DNA of 48,148 nucleotides from Polyangiales bacterium (GTDB lineage Bacteria; Myxococcota_A; Polyangia; Polyangiales; Houyiibacteriaceae). Below the pieces are notes generated by a model. The model did not search any database. It was given only the letters and a program-made list of their open reading frames with translations, and was not told the DNA's origin. Below, piece by piece: positions 18,576 to 28,185 of this stretch. Each line of letters starts with the position of its first letter. The stretch's first letter is position 1. A program made the translations under genes and the position numbers. The DNA is taken from the NCBI GenBank assembly GCA_045106895.1, contig JBGCFM010000194.1:1-48148 (forward strand), given 5' to 3'.

Positions 18576-20654
18576 CTACAGAGACGTCCCGCGCACAGCC
18601 CCGCCGTGCTCATAGGTGCGTTCGACGGTGTTGTAGCCTCCGGGCTGGCCGAAAAAGAAGTACACGCCGTCCTCGTGGGCCACGGCGATATCGCCGAAGG
18701 TGTCGCCGTTGAGATCCATGCCGAATCGTACCTCCATGCCAAGCCCGTCGCAGTCACAGGGCCCGTGCAAGAAGGTCGGTGACGCGCCGGACTGAAACGC
18801 GATACCGCCAAAGCCCGCGCTCATGTCCGGGCGTTCGCCCAAGAACGACTCGTCGGCCCATACCGCGTTGCGACCATGCCCCGCGCCAAAGCGATCGGTG
18901 TTGCCGATGTCCACCATCTGCACGTGGGAACCCGAATTGAGCCCCACGTCGAGCTCCACCGGCGAGTCGAAGCCGTTCCCGTTACCGAGCACAAGGAGCG
19001 CCGTGTCGGGTCCGCGCATGATGGCGTCCTGGTAGCCGTCCACGTTGACGTCTCCCATCAGCTGGAACGGAAGAAGGCCATCGAGGTCTCGTATCGCCGG
19101 CGCAGCCGCTCGCATGCCCGCGCCACTGTAGTAACCGGCGGTGACCATCCGGTCGTCGAGGACCATGTCCGCATAGCCATCGTGGTCGACGTCGCCGCAG
19201 GTCGAAAAGAGACCCACGAGCACTGTGGGGGTCGCCTCCAGCCCGCTCGGACTTCCCCAAAAAACGTAGCTTGTCGTCGTGTCTTGGATGGCGACATCAC
19301 GGTAGCCATCCGCGTCGAAGTCCGCGCTGCAGGTCACGTTTGAGATGTCACCCACGCGGCGCGGCGCGGTGATGGGGACGCCGTTGACAAGCCCACCCAA
19401 AGAGCCCGCGTGCACCGAGATGCCTTGGCTGCCGACTCCGTTGCGCTCGATCTTCAAGACATCAGACAGACCGTCCGCGTTGAAGTCACCGCGCTCCAGG
19501 GCGATCACTGCGTTGCTTGCGAACATCTGCTGCACCGTTGGAACGAGTCCTCCGCCTTCGATGGTCATCCGCGTCAGGTTCGCCTCGGTGCCGACGACAA
19601 GATCCGGGCGCGCATCTCCATCCACGTCCAGCTCCGATATCCCGAGCTCTAAGTACCGCTCCCGCGACCAAGCGCCGCAGTCCAGCTCGATGCAGGCACG
19701 CACTCGCCAGCGCACCCGCTGGCCCGGCGCATCCTGAGGAATGATGGGCTCCGTCAGCACATGCTCGAGGAGGACCGTGAGAACCACCCAAACCTCCGGC
19801 GAAGGAAAGTCACACGGGACCGCGGGGTTGCGATCGCACGAGTTGTCGACCTGAATCTGGTAGCGCGTCGCCCTCTCCACGGGCTCCCAGTTGAAGCGCG
19901 GCGAACGATTCCACGCGCCGGTGTATGACCCGTTCGGAGGCCAGGTCGGACGCGGCACGCCAAGCTCCATGGGGCCCGTGTCGCTGCCCGTATCGAAGCC
20001 AGCATCCAAGTCGTCCGTTGCGTCCACTCCGGCGTCCATCGGTCCGGCGTCGGCCAGCGTCATCATCGCTAGACAGCCGCGGTCCGGGTCGCAGTACTCA
20101 TCCACACTACAGGCGCCGGTCAGCGGCGCGTACAAGCAGACGCCTTCGGCACACTGGGCCACGGAACACGCGTCCGCGGCGGGGCAGTCCACTTCACGTC
20201 GGCACTCGGGCTCCGGGCAGCTCGGCTGGGTACCATCGACGCAGTCGAGGGCCACGCACCCTCCGCCGCGACAGGTCGTCGCCTCAGCGCATGAGACCTC
20301 GCGACAATCACGCGTCATGACGACGACGAGGCCTCGGTCTTCCCGGTGGTTGACGAGGACCTCGCCGCGAAGAACGAGGGCGCCGGCGGCGTCCAGGAGG
20401 TCGATGCGAACCGTACGGCTCTCGCTCGGCTCGAGGTCTTCGAAGTCCGCCACACGGACGCCTTCGATGAAGTCACCGGAGCTGCCGAGCTCTTGCTCTA
20501 CCCCTTCGCCGACGAGGGACGCAACGACGCGCTGAAACTCGTTTCCAGGGGAGAGGTCCGTTCGCACGTTGATGGAGAGCCCGATCGTCGTGTCGCTGCA
20601 GCTCGCGAGGAGCCCCAGCACGACGAGTGCGCCAACGCGCCAAGATGCCTTCAT
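18576..20654 (-). CDS. Modular lipoprotein with Cys-rich repeats and FG-GAP repeats (paralog 2)
   Basis: LLASC lipobox; colinear with 16451..18505 along its full length. Confidence 0.85.
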   Translation of the reverse strand: MKASWRVGALVVLGLLASCSDTTIGLSINVRTDLSPGNEFQRVVASLVGEGVEQELGSSGDFIEGVRVADFEDLEPSESRTVRIDLLDAAGALVLRGEVLVNHREDRGLVVVMTRDCREVSCAEATTCRGGGCVALDCVDGTQPSCPEPECRREVDCPAADACSVAQCAEGVCLYAPLTGACSVDEYCDPDRGCLAMMTLADAGPMDAGVDATDDLDAGFDTGSDTGPMELGVPRPTWPPNGSYTGAWNRSPRFNWEPVERATRYQIQVDNSCDRNPAVPCDFPSPEVWVVLTVLLEHVLTEPIIPQDAPGQRVRWRVRACIELDCGAWSRERYLELGISELDVDGDARPDLVVGTEANLTRMTIEGGGLVPTVQQMFASNAVIALERGDFNADGLSDVLKIERNGVGSQGISVHAGSLGGLVNGVPITAPRRVGDISNVTCSADFDADGYRDVAIQDTTTSYVFWGSPSGLEATPTVLVGLFSTCGDVDHDGYADMVLDDRMVTAGYYSGAGMRAAAPAIRDLDGLLPFQLMGDVNVDGYQDAIMRGPDTALLVLGNGNGFDSPVELDVGLNSGSHVQMVDIGNTDRFGAGHGRNAVWADESFLGERPDMSAGFGGIAFQSGASPTFLHGPCDCDGLGMEVRFGMDLNGDTFGDIAVAHEDGVYFFFGQPGGYNTVERTYEHGGAVRGTSL

Positions 20655-20704
20655 GGCCTAGAGTATAACGTAAACTCGCCGAATCCCCGGACAACAGCGG
20701 ACGG

Positions 20705-21742
20705 CTAGTCGTGGGCGCCTAAGATCCGCGGTTCGCGCTCCAAGTGCACCCCGAAGCGCTGATGCACGGCATCTTGGATCTCCCGGGCAAAAGCCAAGAG
20801 CTCGCCCGTAGAGCCGCCCCCGTAGTGGACGAGCGCCAAAGCGTGAACGCTGCTCTGGCCGACATGTGCGCGCCGTGTTCCGCGCTCAAAGCCCGCCTTC
20901 TCAATGAGCCACGCAGCGGCAAACTTGGTGCGTCCGTTCGTCGCGTCCGGCCAGCGGGGGATGTCCGCTTCGTCGATCCCCGCGGCCACGCAGCGTTCGA
21001 CAAGCGCGCCCGCCTGCGCCGCATCCACGATGGGGTTTGTGAAGAAGCTCCCCGCGCTACGGCTGTTGGGGTCCGCGTCGTCGAGGACCATCGACTTGCG
21101 GCGCCGAAGCGCGACGATGGTGTCGCGCACTTCGGATAAGGAAGCGTCTTCGCTCGTCGCGCGTAGAAGCTCGCCGTAGCGTCGCGCCGGCGCGCCTCCC
21201 GGCGTCAGACGAAAGTGCACATGGGTGACGACGTATCGCCCCGGGTTGTCCTTGAACTCACTGTGTCGATACGCGAACTCGCACTCGGCGCCGCTGCGCT
21301 CCACCACGCTTAGGTCCTGTCGGTCGATGCAGCGCACCCGCGTGATCGTCTCGGAGACCTCTTGTCCATAAGCGCCGACGTTTTGAATGGGCGTCGCCCC
21401 GACCAAACCTGGGATGCCTGCGAGACATTCGATCCCAGCGAGGTCTCGATCCACACAATGGTTCACGAAAGCGTCCCAGTTTTCCCCGGCGGCGGCCTCG
21501 ACGTCCCCGCCGCTCTGACGAATGCCCAGCATGGCGAGCTGAATCACGAGGCCGCGGACCCCTTCGTCGGGAACCACGGCGTTGCTGCCGCCACCGAGGA
21601 GCGTCACCGGAAGTTTTTCACTTCGGGCCCATCGGAGCGCGTCGAGGAGCATCGCTTCGTCTCTCGCAGCCACGAAATGGTCGGCGCTGCCACCAAGGCC
21701 CAGCGTCGTGAGAGGCGCCAAGGGGACGTCACGCTCGAACAT
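20705..21742 (-). CDS. murB: UDP-N-acetylenolpyruvoylglucosamine reductase
   Basis: LGGGSN, GIPGLVGATPIQNVGAYG, SAGSFFTNP, HALALV and LEREP motifs. Confidence 0.95.
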   Translation of the reverse strand: MFERDVPLAPLTTLGLGGSADHFVAARDEAMLLDALRWARSEKLPVTLLGGGSNAVVPDEGVRGLVIQLAMLGIRQSGGDVEAAAGENWDAFVNHCVDRDLAGIECLAGIPGLVGATPIQNVGAYGQEVSETITRVRCIDRQDLSVVERSGAECEFAYRHSEFKDNPGRYVVTHVHFRLTPGGAPARRYGELLRATSEDASLSEVRDTIVALRRRKSMVLDDADPNSRSAGSFFTNPIVDAAQAGALVERCVAAGIDEADIPRWPDATNGRTKFAAAWLIEKAGFERGTRRAHVGQSSVHALALVHYGGGSTGELLAFAREIQDAVHQRFGVHLEREPRILGAHD

Positions 21743-21823
21743 GCTCGGCTCTAGCACGTTTGATCTGCCGCGTTGACGAAGACGCCGTTTGACGATGCCA
21801 CTTGCGCTCTGCACGATGCACTT

Positions 21824-22555
21824 GTGCGTCGCGCGTCCATCACCCTCGCTCTCTCCTTCGCGCTCATCGCATGCGGCGACGACAGCAGCGTCATGCGCAC
21901 CGACGCGAGCCTCGTCGATGGGGACATCATCATCCCCGTCCCCGACGCGCAGCCCGTCGACGGCGGGTCTTCGGAGGACTACGACGGCGACGGCCTGTGC
22001 AACGACACAGAATCCGAGCGCGGCACGGACCCCCTCGACGCCGACACGGACGGCGATGGAATCCCCGATGGCCCTGAGGTGCTCCTCGGCTTCGACCCCA
22101 CGAGCGCCGACTTCCCGGGCCGCGAGCGGACCCAGCTGCTGCGCGAGTCACCGGCGGGGAGCGTCGACGTGCTCATCGAACGAGATCTCTTCGCCCAAGG
22201 CCAGGACCTCGTCGCGTCGTTCAGCGCTTCTCCCGTGAGCGACCTGGGAGGACAAGACGCCGGCACCTTCTTCGTCGGCGCCAGCGCGGCCTTCGCGAGC
22301 CCCGCCGCCAACTTCGCTTCCATCGAAGACCAGAGCGTTCGGGGCGTCACAGGGCGAATCCTCGTGGGCTACGAGTTGCGCTTTGAACATGGCGATGCCG
22401 TCGCGCGCGAGTGCGTTCGCGCGTACCCATACCGCTACACCATCAAGCGCAGCGACGCCGTCATCGTCGGGGTGGAGACCCGGCTCTTGGTCGTGATCCC
22501 GCCCGGCGAGAACCTCAACACCGCCGAGTGGTGTGAGCGCCCAGCCTGCCGCTGA
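21824..22555 (+). CDS. Lipoprotein with thrombospondin type-3-like Ca-binding repeat
   Basis: LALSFALIACGDD lipobox; DYDGDGLC...GTDPLDADTDGDGIPDG. Start GTG 21824 inferred. Confidence 0.75.
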   Translation: MRRASITLALSFALIACGDDSSVMRTDASLVDGDIIIPVPDAQPVDGGSSEDYDGDGLCNDTESERGTDPLDADTDGDGIPDGPEVLLGFDPTSADFPGRERTQLLRESPAGSVDVLIERDLFAQGQDLVASFSASPVSDLGGQDAGTFFVGASAAFASPAANFASIEDQSVRGVTGRILVGYELRFEHGDAVARECVRAYPYRYTIKRSDAVIVGVETRLLVVIPPGENLNTAEWCERPACR

Positions 22556-22564
22556 GCTCCCTCT

Positions 22565-23140
22565 TTAGCCAGGAAGCTGGCCCATCGGCTGCTGACCCAC
22601 CACGATGGCGTCCTGCCCCGAGATCCCGGCGCGTCCGTAGCGCAAGAAACCCTTGGGGCGCATGCCGCCGGCGCGACCACGGGTGTCGTCGAAGGACGCA
22701 GCGATCTCCAGCCCCACGGTCTTCATCGTCGCTTCGATGAGCTGCCTCGGGTAAGGACGAATGTGCGTCGGGTCGAGCCAGAACTGGCGCGCCCAGACGT
22801 GGAGGTTCTCCGCGTTCGGGGTGCTGATGAGCAAACGTCCGCCAGGGTTGAGGATACGCGCGGAGTGGACGATGAGCTGGATCGCGGCACGCCCCGGGAG
22901 ATGTTCGATGAGATGCGAGCAGAACACTCCGTCGAACTTGCGCCCCTCCTCGTGCATCGTCTCGAGGAATTCGAGGACGTTCGCCACATGCGTGTCTTCG
23001 TGCCCACGTTCGATGCACTCCGCCACAGCCTCGGGGCTGCCGTCCACGCCCACGGGATGAATCCCCGCCTCTTTGAGGAGGTCGAGGAAGAGGCCGCGCC
23101 CGCAGCCGAGGTCCAAGACGTCCTTCGCGCATCCCGGACA
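22565..23140 (-). pseudogene. Class I SAM-dependent methyltransferase, 5'-truncated
   Basis: GCAKDVLDLGCGRG, SHLIEHL, LNPGG, STPN and WLDPTHIRPY motifs. An in-frame stop lies about 50 nt upstream of motif I and there is no proper N-terminus. Confidence 0.65.
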
Positions 23141-23247
23141 TCGACGAGACCCCCATCCGCCGCCTCAAACGGCGCACATTCGAAGCCAGCCTCCGTCAGC
23201 TCTCTCGTGAGGAACGGGCCCACAAAGCCTGTGCTCCCGGTGATCAT
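23128..23247 (-). pseudogene. N-terminal fragment of NAD-dependent sugar epimerase/dehydratase
   Basis: MITGSTGFVGPFL...VDVRDA Rossmann TGxxGxxG motif; similarity ends abruptly where the methyltransferase frame begins. Confidence 0.6.
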
Positions 23248-23433
23248 GACGCCATTCAGGCGGTGTTAGCGTCTTTTCCACAGCCGGGCAAAGGAGGTGG
23301 CTGTGGCCCCAAGCGACACCTGTGAGTCGCTTGCCACAAGCGAGCAGCGCAGCTCCTAAACGAAGCGCTTCGCCCGTTGACCCACGCAAACGCCGTCAGG
23401 AGAGCGGGTGTGGTGTGCTGGTAGTTTTGTGGA

Positions 23434-25038
23434 ATGCAGCGTCCCCAACTTTTGTCGCCGATTCTCTTGTCCCTGATGTTGATCGCGTGCGGCGATGACG
23501 CAAGCGCTGGACCCGGCGCTCTGGACGCACAGAGCGATGCTCCGGACGTGAGGCAGTCAGACTCGGCGGTGGACGCAGGGCCCGATTCGGCCGGAGACCT
23601 GGACGCCGGCGACGACGCAGGTCCCCCCGAGGTGCTCAAGGCGTTTCCTTCGGCCTTTGGCAGCGGCGCCGAAGCGAGCGGGGGGCGCGGGGGCGTCCTC
23701 ATCATCGTCAACACGCCCGATCCGAACGTAGCCCTCACGCATTATCCGGCGACGGACACGGCGCCGGAGCGCTACGAAGGCGGGCTCTACGCGGCTCTGG
23801 AGCACGATGGCGCGGCATACATCACCTTCGACCGCTCGATGAACATTCAGCAACGCGCCGGCGGCACCGGCACAACCCAGTTCAGCGGCCTCGGCATCCG
23901 CGGGGTGCACGACAAGACCATCTTCGGCCAGTCTGCGCCGGAGGGAGGCGTCACCATCACCGGCGGCACCTTCACCTTCAACGGACGCGTGGAAGGCGAG
24001 CCCACGCGGAATCTGATCTTTCGTTACTTCCGAAGCCGGCCAATCCTCGACCAGGACGGACAGCTCACCACAGAACCAGACCTCTACACCTGGGGTCTGC
24101 TCTTCCGCTGCGGCGAGGACATCATCGTCGACCACTGCTCCTTCAGCTTCGCTCAGGACAAGGGCCTCGGAGGCGGCGTCCGAGAACCAGGCAATCCCTT
24201 CGAGCGCGTCACGTTCTCGCGGAACTTCGTGAGCGATACGCACACGGGCATCTACGTCGAGGTCAATCCGAACCGTCCCGGTGACCCCGAGGAGTACCTG
24301 GATCGCGTCAGCTTCCTGTCCAATATGACCGTCGGCATGAACCGCACGCCGAACGTGGCCTTCGACGGCCGCGCCGAGGTCTTGAACTCCGTCATCTACG
24401 GGAACATCTACAAGGCCAGCACGATCTACCACGACCTGCGGATCAACTTTGTCGGCAACTACTACTTCGCGCCGGAGGGTCGCGGCCTTGGATACAACCG
24501 TATCTTCGATCACGAGGGCGTCCCGAGCGTCTTCGCCGCCGGCAACTACTACCAGGAGCTCCTCGAAGGCAGCCCCGGAGAGAACAACCAGGCGATCTTC
24601 AAGTTCCGCGACGAATACGACGGCACGGTCAGCCCAGACTACTTCGTCGACGCGCCCTTCGACCTGATGAACCCGCACCCACCGGCGGTGGTGACGGCGC
24701 AAGAAGCCCACGCGTCCGTGGTCACAAGCGGCAACATCGGCGCCTACCGCTACCTCGACGACGAGGGCCGCCCGCAGACCTTCCGCGATAGCTACGACAC
24801 GAGTCAGCTCGAAGCCGTTCGCACGCGAGCCGACGTGACGCACGACGAGGTGGAGTACTGGGTCTTGCCCGTCCTGCCAGAGTCCACGCGCCCATCGAGC
24901 TACGACACCGACATGGACGGACTCTCCGACGCCTGGGAGCTCCGCGTCATCGGCGACCTCTCTCAGAGCTATGGCGACGATCACGACGACGACGGCTACG
25001 AGAACATCGAGGAGTACATGAACCAGGTCGACGAGTAG
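23434..25038 (+). CDS. Pectate lyase (PL1-like) lipoprotein with C-terminal TSP3-like repeat
   Basis: LIACGDD lipobox; KAFPSAFGSG..ASGGRGG, GQSAP, IIVDHCSFS, NRTP and DTDMDGLSDAWE motifs. Confidence 0.85.
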   Translation: MQRPQLLSPILLSLMLIACGDDASAGPGALDAQSDAPDVRQSDSAVDAGPDSAGDLDAGDDAGPPEVLKAFPSAFGSGAEASGGRGGVLIIVNTPDPNVALTHYPATDTAPERYEGGLYAALEHDGAAYITFDRSMNIQQRAGGTGTTQFSGLGIRGVHDKTIFGQSAPEGGVTITGGTFTFNGRVEGEPTRNLIFRYFRSRPILDQDGQLTTEPDLYTWGLLFRCGEDIIVDHCSFSFAQDKGLGGGVREPGNPFERVTFSRNFVSDTHTGIYVEVNPNRPGDPEEYLDRVSFLSNMTVGMNRTPNVAFDGRAEVLNSVIYGNIYKASTIYHDLRINFVGNYYFAPEGRGLGYNRIFDHEGVPSVFAAGNYYQELLEGSPGENNQAIFKFRDEYDGTVSPDYFVDAPFDLMNPHPPAVVTAQEAHASVVTSGNIGAYRYLDDEGRPQTFRDSYDTSQLEAVRTRADVTHDEVEYWVLPVLPESTRPSSYDTDMDGLSDAWELRVIGDLSQSYGDDHDDDGYENIEEYMNQVDE

Positions 25039-25062
25039 GAAGGCGTCTAGGAGAAGGGCGCG

Positions 25063-26697
25063 TCAGCGCACGCCGCTCTGCGTCGGTGGAGCGAAGGTCG
25101 TGTCTTCGATGACGTACGCGATCTTGCGTCCCTCTCTTCGCTTGGCGCACGCGCCTCCGTCGATGAGCTCCTTCAGCGCTTCTTGAATCGTTCGCAGCGG
25201 AAGCCCAAGTCGCATCGCTGCGTCCTTCGCGGTTCCGTCTTGCGCGCGAACGAGCACTCGGAGAACGCGGTCTTCGAGTGGTTGCGCGCAGCGCGGATCC
25301 GGCAGCCTCGCCAAGCAGACAAAGGTAAGGCTCAGCGCGCCGTCCACACGCTCCAAGGTCGCGACGCCGGCGAGGGCCTTGCGCATTCGACTCACCAGCG
25401 CGTCGAGCACCGCGGCGTGAACGATGGGGTTGTGGTCAAAGCCGTAGACTTGCCGGAAGAAGACACTGTCGGCGATAGGTCCCGCGGCCAGGGCCAAGAC
25501 CGCGATGCCCGTTTCAATGCGTATCCGGCGGCGGTCCGTGCGTTTCTCGTCGTGGAGGTCTGCGCTGCCCGGCGCCTTCGCAAAACCAAGAACGCGACGC
25601 GCGCGTCGATCGGGGCCGGCGAGGATATAACCAACGTCGCGTCGGTCCGCGTCGACCTCGCCCGTGGCGATGTCCTCGACGCCGTAGAGCCCATGAGGCG
25701 GAAGCGCTGACGCTCCCTGGAGCCACGCATCCATCGCGTCGCTCGCCGCGTCCGTTGAACCAAAGGCGTCGATGCCGACGCATAGGTCACGGGCCTCGGA
25801 ACGAACGAGGGGCACCGCCGCGACGCGCTCAAGAAGCTCCTTAGAGTGAACCAGGGCCTCGCGCTCACCCTTCATCGCCGCATCAAGAACGCGGTCCAGG
25901 GCCACGCACGCCCACTCCACGGGCTGCCGCGGCGCCGGCCCGTCGCCGACAATGGTTCCCGCGAGAAGCCTCTCCCAACGAATCCACGGCTGGTACGGCG
26001 AGGGCGCGATGACCATCAGCGCGTTGAGAATGTGCGTGGCGAGATGCGGCACGCCGTTGAGGCGGCGCACCCGCGCGAGGAGTAGGTTGGACCAATACTG
26101 CTGCTGCGGGAGCCCCTCTGTTCGCGCCATCCGCGACGCTCGGCGGCTGATGGCCGTGGCCTGCGTGAGGTCTCCGGCGATCATCGCAGCGATGGCCATG
26201 GCGCATTGCGCGTCGATGGCGAGTCCTGCCAGCTGAGCCTTCTTGGCGCCTTCGAAGACCTCCGAGAGCCCCGCCCACACTTCTTCGGGTCTTTCGCCCT
26301 GGACGAAATCCGTGGCCAGCTTCGCAAAGTTGAGGCGCACCTGAATGGCCGGGTCTTCGGTGTGCACCGAGGCGGCGAGCTTCGACATCTCCGTGACGCC
26401 CGCCACATCGAAGGCCAATAGCCGCCCAAGTTGATGAAGCAGAGCGCAGCGCGAGAGCGCGTCGTGGCAAGAAGCGTCCTGCGCCCAGCGCGCGAGGTCC
26501 GATAGTTCGGGCAGCGCGCCACCGGATGCATCCGCGAACCACAGATGCGCACGAAGAGCGGCAAGGTGCGCGCGTGCCCGCTCCGTCCCGGCGGCTTCAA
26601 GCTCCTGGATCAGAGCTTCGACTTCGGAGAAGTCTCCGCCCTCAAGCTCCGCATAGCGAGCCCGCATCCTCGGGTCCGCGTCGACCGCAATCGTCAC
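25063..26697 (-). CDS. Putative transcriptional regulator (helical/TPR-like N-terminus, two C-terminal winged-HTH-like segments)
   Basis: VYG..VLDALVSRMRKAL (OmpR/trans_reg_C-like) followed by TAKDAAMRLGLPLRTIQEALKELIDGG..KRREGRKIAY (wHTH). GTG 26697 preceded by TACTAT. Confidence 0.65.
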   Translation of the reverse strand: MTIAVDADPRMRARYAELEGGDFSEVEALIQELEAAGTERARAHLAALRAHLWFADASGGALPELSDLARWAQDASCHDALSRCALLHQLGRLLAFDVAGVTEMSKLAASVHTEDPAIQVRLNFAKLATDFVQGERPEEVWAGLSEVFEGAKKAQLAGLAIDAQCAMAIAAMIAGDLTQATAISRRASRMARTEGLPQQQYWSNLLLARVRRLNGVPHLATHILNALMVIAPSPYQPWIRWERLLAGTIVGDGPAPRQPVEWACVALDRVLDAAMKGEREALVHSKELLERVAAVPLVRSEARDLCVGIDAFGSTDAASDAMDAWLQGASALPPHGLYGVEDIATGEVDADRRDVGYILAGPDRRARRVLGFAKAPGSADLHDEKRTDRRRIRIETGIAVLALAAGPIADSVFFRQVYGFDHNPIVHAAVLDALVSRMRKALAGVATLERVDGALSLTFVCLARLPDPRCAQPLEDRVLRVLVRAQDGTAKDAAMRLGLPLRTIQEALKELIDGGACAKRREGRKIAYVIEDTTFAPPTQSGVR

Positions 26698-26722
26698 GGC
26701 TGTGATAGTATCCCGCCGGCCG

Positions 26723-28174
26723 ATGGAGTCCACGGATACGATCGACAACGACCCATTCGGAGCGGTCACAGGGGGAACATACCGCTTCCTCATGCCCATC
26801 GCCGAAGGCGGCATGGGGCGCGTGGACGTCGTCGTGCGCCGCGATGGCGGCTTCCGCCGTCTCTACGCCCTCAAGCGTCTTCACGCCCAGTACCGAAACG
26901 AGGCCGCCTTCCGGGCGATGTTCCTCGACGAGGCGCGTATTGCGGGGCTTCTGCGGCACCCCAACACCGTAAGCGTCCTCGACGTAGGCGAAGACGAACA
27001 TGGCCCCTTTCTCGTCATGGACTACGTCGATGGGGTTCCGCTGAGCGCCATTCTCAAGCGCATCCAGCGAACCGGCGAGGTCTTTCCGATGCAGCTCGTC
27101 GTCGCCGTCGTCGCGCAGGCCGCGCGGGGATTGCATGCAGCACACGAGCTCATGAATCACGACGGGACCTCGCTTGGGCTCGTCCACCGAGACGTCTCGC
27201 CGCAGAACATCCTCGTCTCGTTCAATGGCGCCGTGCAGATGACAGACTTCGGCGTGGCAAAGGCGATGGGTCGCCTCACCAAGACGCAGAGCGGCGTGCT
27301 CAAAGGCAAGTTCGGCTACATGTCGCCGGAGCAGCTGCGCTTTCATGAACTCGACCGACGCTCGGACCTCTTCTCGCTGGGCGTCGTCCTCTTCGAGCTC
27401 AGCGCGGGGAGGCGTCTCTACAAGAACAACGAAGAGGTGCCGGCGCCGCGACGCATCCTCGAAGACCCGCCGCCGGACCTCGGCGAAGAGCGCGATGGCC
27501 TCTTGCCTGGCCTCGTCGAGCTTTGCTTTGAGCTCCTCGCCAAAGACCCGGCTGGTAGGCCAACGTCCGCCAAAGACGTGGCGGACCGGCTGGAAGAGAT
27601 CGGTCGAGAGCTCGCGTACGAAGAGGGTCGCCTCGAACTCTCGGACTACATGAACGACGCATTCGGTGAGGTGCGCGCCACTACGAGGGATCGAATCGAA
27701 GCGACGATCTCGGAGCTGGCCCTGGCGCCAGCCATCGGCCATCAGCCTGCGCCTTTCCCAGCGACACGCCCAGCGACAAGCCCAGCGACACACCCAGCGA
27801 CACACCCTGCCGCAAAGTCTCGCCGCGCCCTCATCCTAGCGGCCGCCGCGGTGTTGTCCCTGGGAGGTCTGGGTCTCGCCTACTGGTCTTCTATCGGTCC
27901 AGAGCCCACGGAGAGCACGGAGAGCGCCGCGGAGGCCGAAGCGCAGGCTGAAGTGCAAGAGGCCGAAGAACAAACGCCGGCGAGCGCCCTGCCTCCAGTG
28001 GCGCCTACGCCGGTGGAGATCCCCACGGAGCAGCCCCCCGAAGCGCCCGCGGCTGACCGCGCCGAGGAGCCCCCCGCGCGCATGGCGTCGATGCGGCGTC
28101 GACGACGGACGAGGGCGACGATGATGAACGAGGCCTCCATGCGCGCTGTGTGGATGTGGCCCGACAACCAGTGA
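26723..28174 (+). CDS. Membrane-anchored Ser/Thr protein kinase
   Basis: AEGGMG, ALKRL, VHRDVSPQN, DFG, KGKFGYMSPEQ motifs; TM helix ALILAAAAVLSLGGLGLAYW; Pro/Glu-rich tail. Confidence 0.93.
   Translation: MESTDTIDNDPFGAVTGGTYRFLMPIAEGGMGRVDVVVRRDGGFRRLYALKRLHAQYRNEAAFRAMFLDEARIAGLLRHPNTVSVLDVGEDEHGPFLVMDYVDGVPLSAILKRIQRTGEVFPMQLVVAVVAQAARGLHAAHELMNHDGTSLGLVHRDVSPQNILVSFNGAVQMTDFGVAKAMGRLTKTQSGVLKGKFGYMSPEQLRFHELDRRSDLFSLGVVLFELSAGRRLYKNNEEVPAPRRILEDPPPDLGEERDGLLPGLVELCFELLAKDPAGRPTSAKDVADRLEEIGRELAYEEGRLELSDYMNDAFGEVRATTRDRIEATISELALAPAIGHQPAPFPATRPATSPATHPATHPAAKSRRALILAAAAVLSLGGLGLAYWSSIGPEPTESTESAAEAEAQAEVQEAEEQTPASALPPVAPTPVEIPTEQPPEAPAADRAEEPPARMASMRRRRRTRATMMNEASMRAVWMWPDNQ
27758..27805 (+). 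repeat. 4 x 12-bp in-frame tandem repeat (PATR-PATS-PATH-PATH)
   Basis: ccagcgacaNNN four times in the kinase juxtamembrane linker. Confidence 0.85.
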
Positions 28175-28185
28175 TAGGGTGAGCC

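Noticed and set aside
16451..18800. Near-identical C-termini of tandem paralogs as a possible DGR template/variable repeat pair
   Set aside because: Differences are mainly synonymous third-position changes rather than adenine-specific, both copies are coding, and no reverse transcriptase is present
23285..23400. Possible c-di-GMP-I (GEMM) riboswitch (GGGCAAA, ACGCAAA, CCTAAAC words)
   Set aside because: Motif order and spacing do not fit the P1/P2 consensus
23557..24984. 475-aa minus-strand ORF, and similar shadows at 36856..38547, 40391..41461 and 26642..27805
   Set aside because: Antisense to well-supported genes with no recognisable motifs; typical of high-GC DNA
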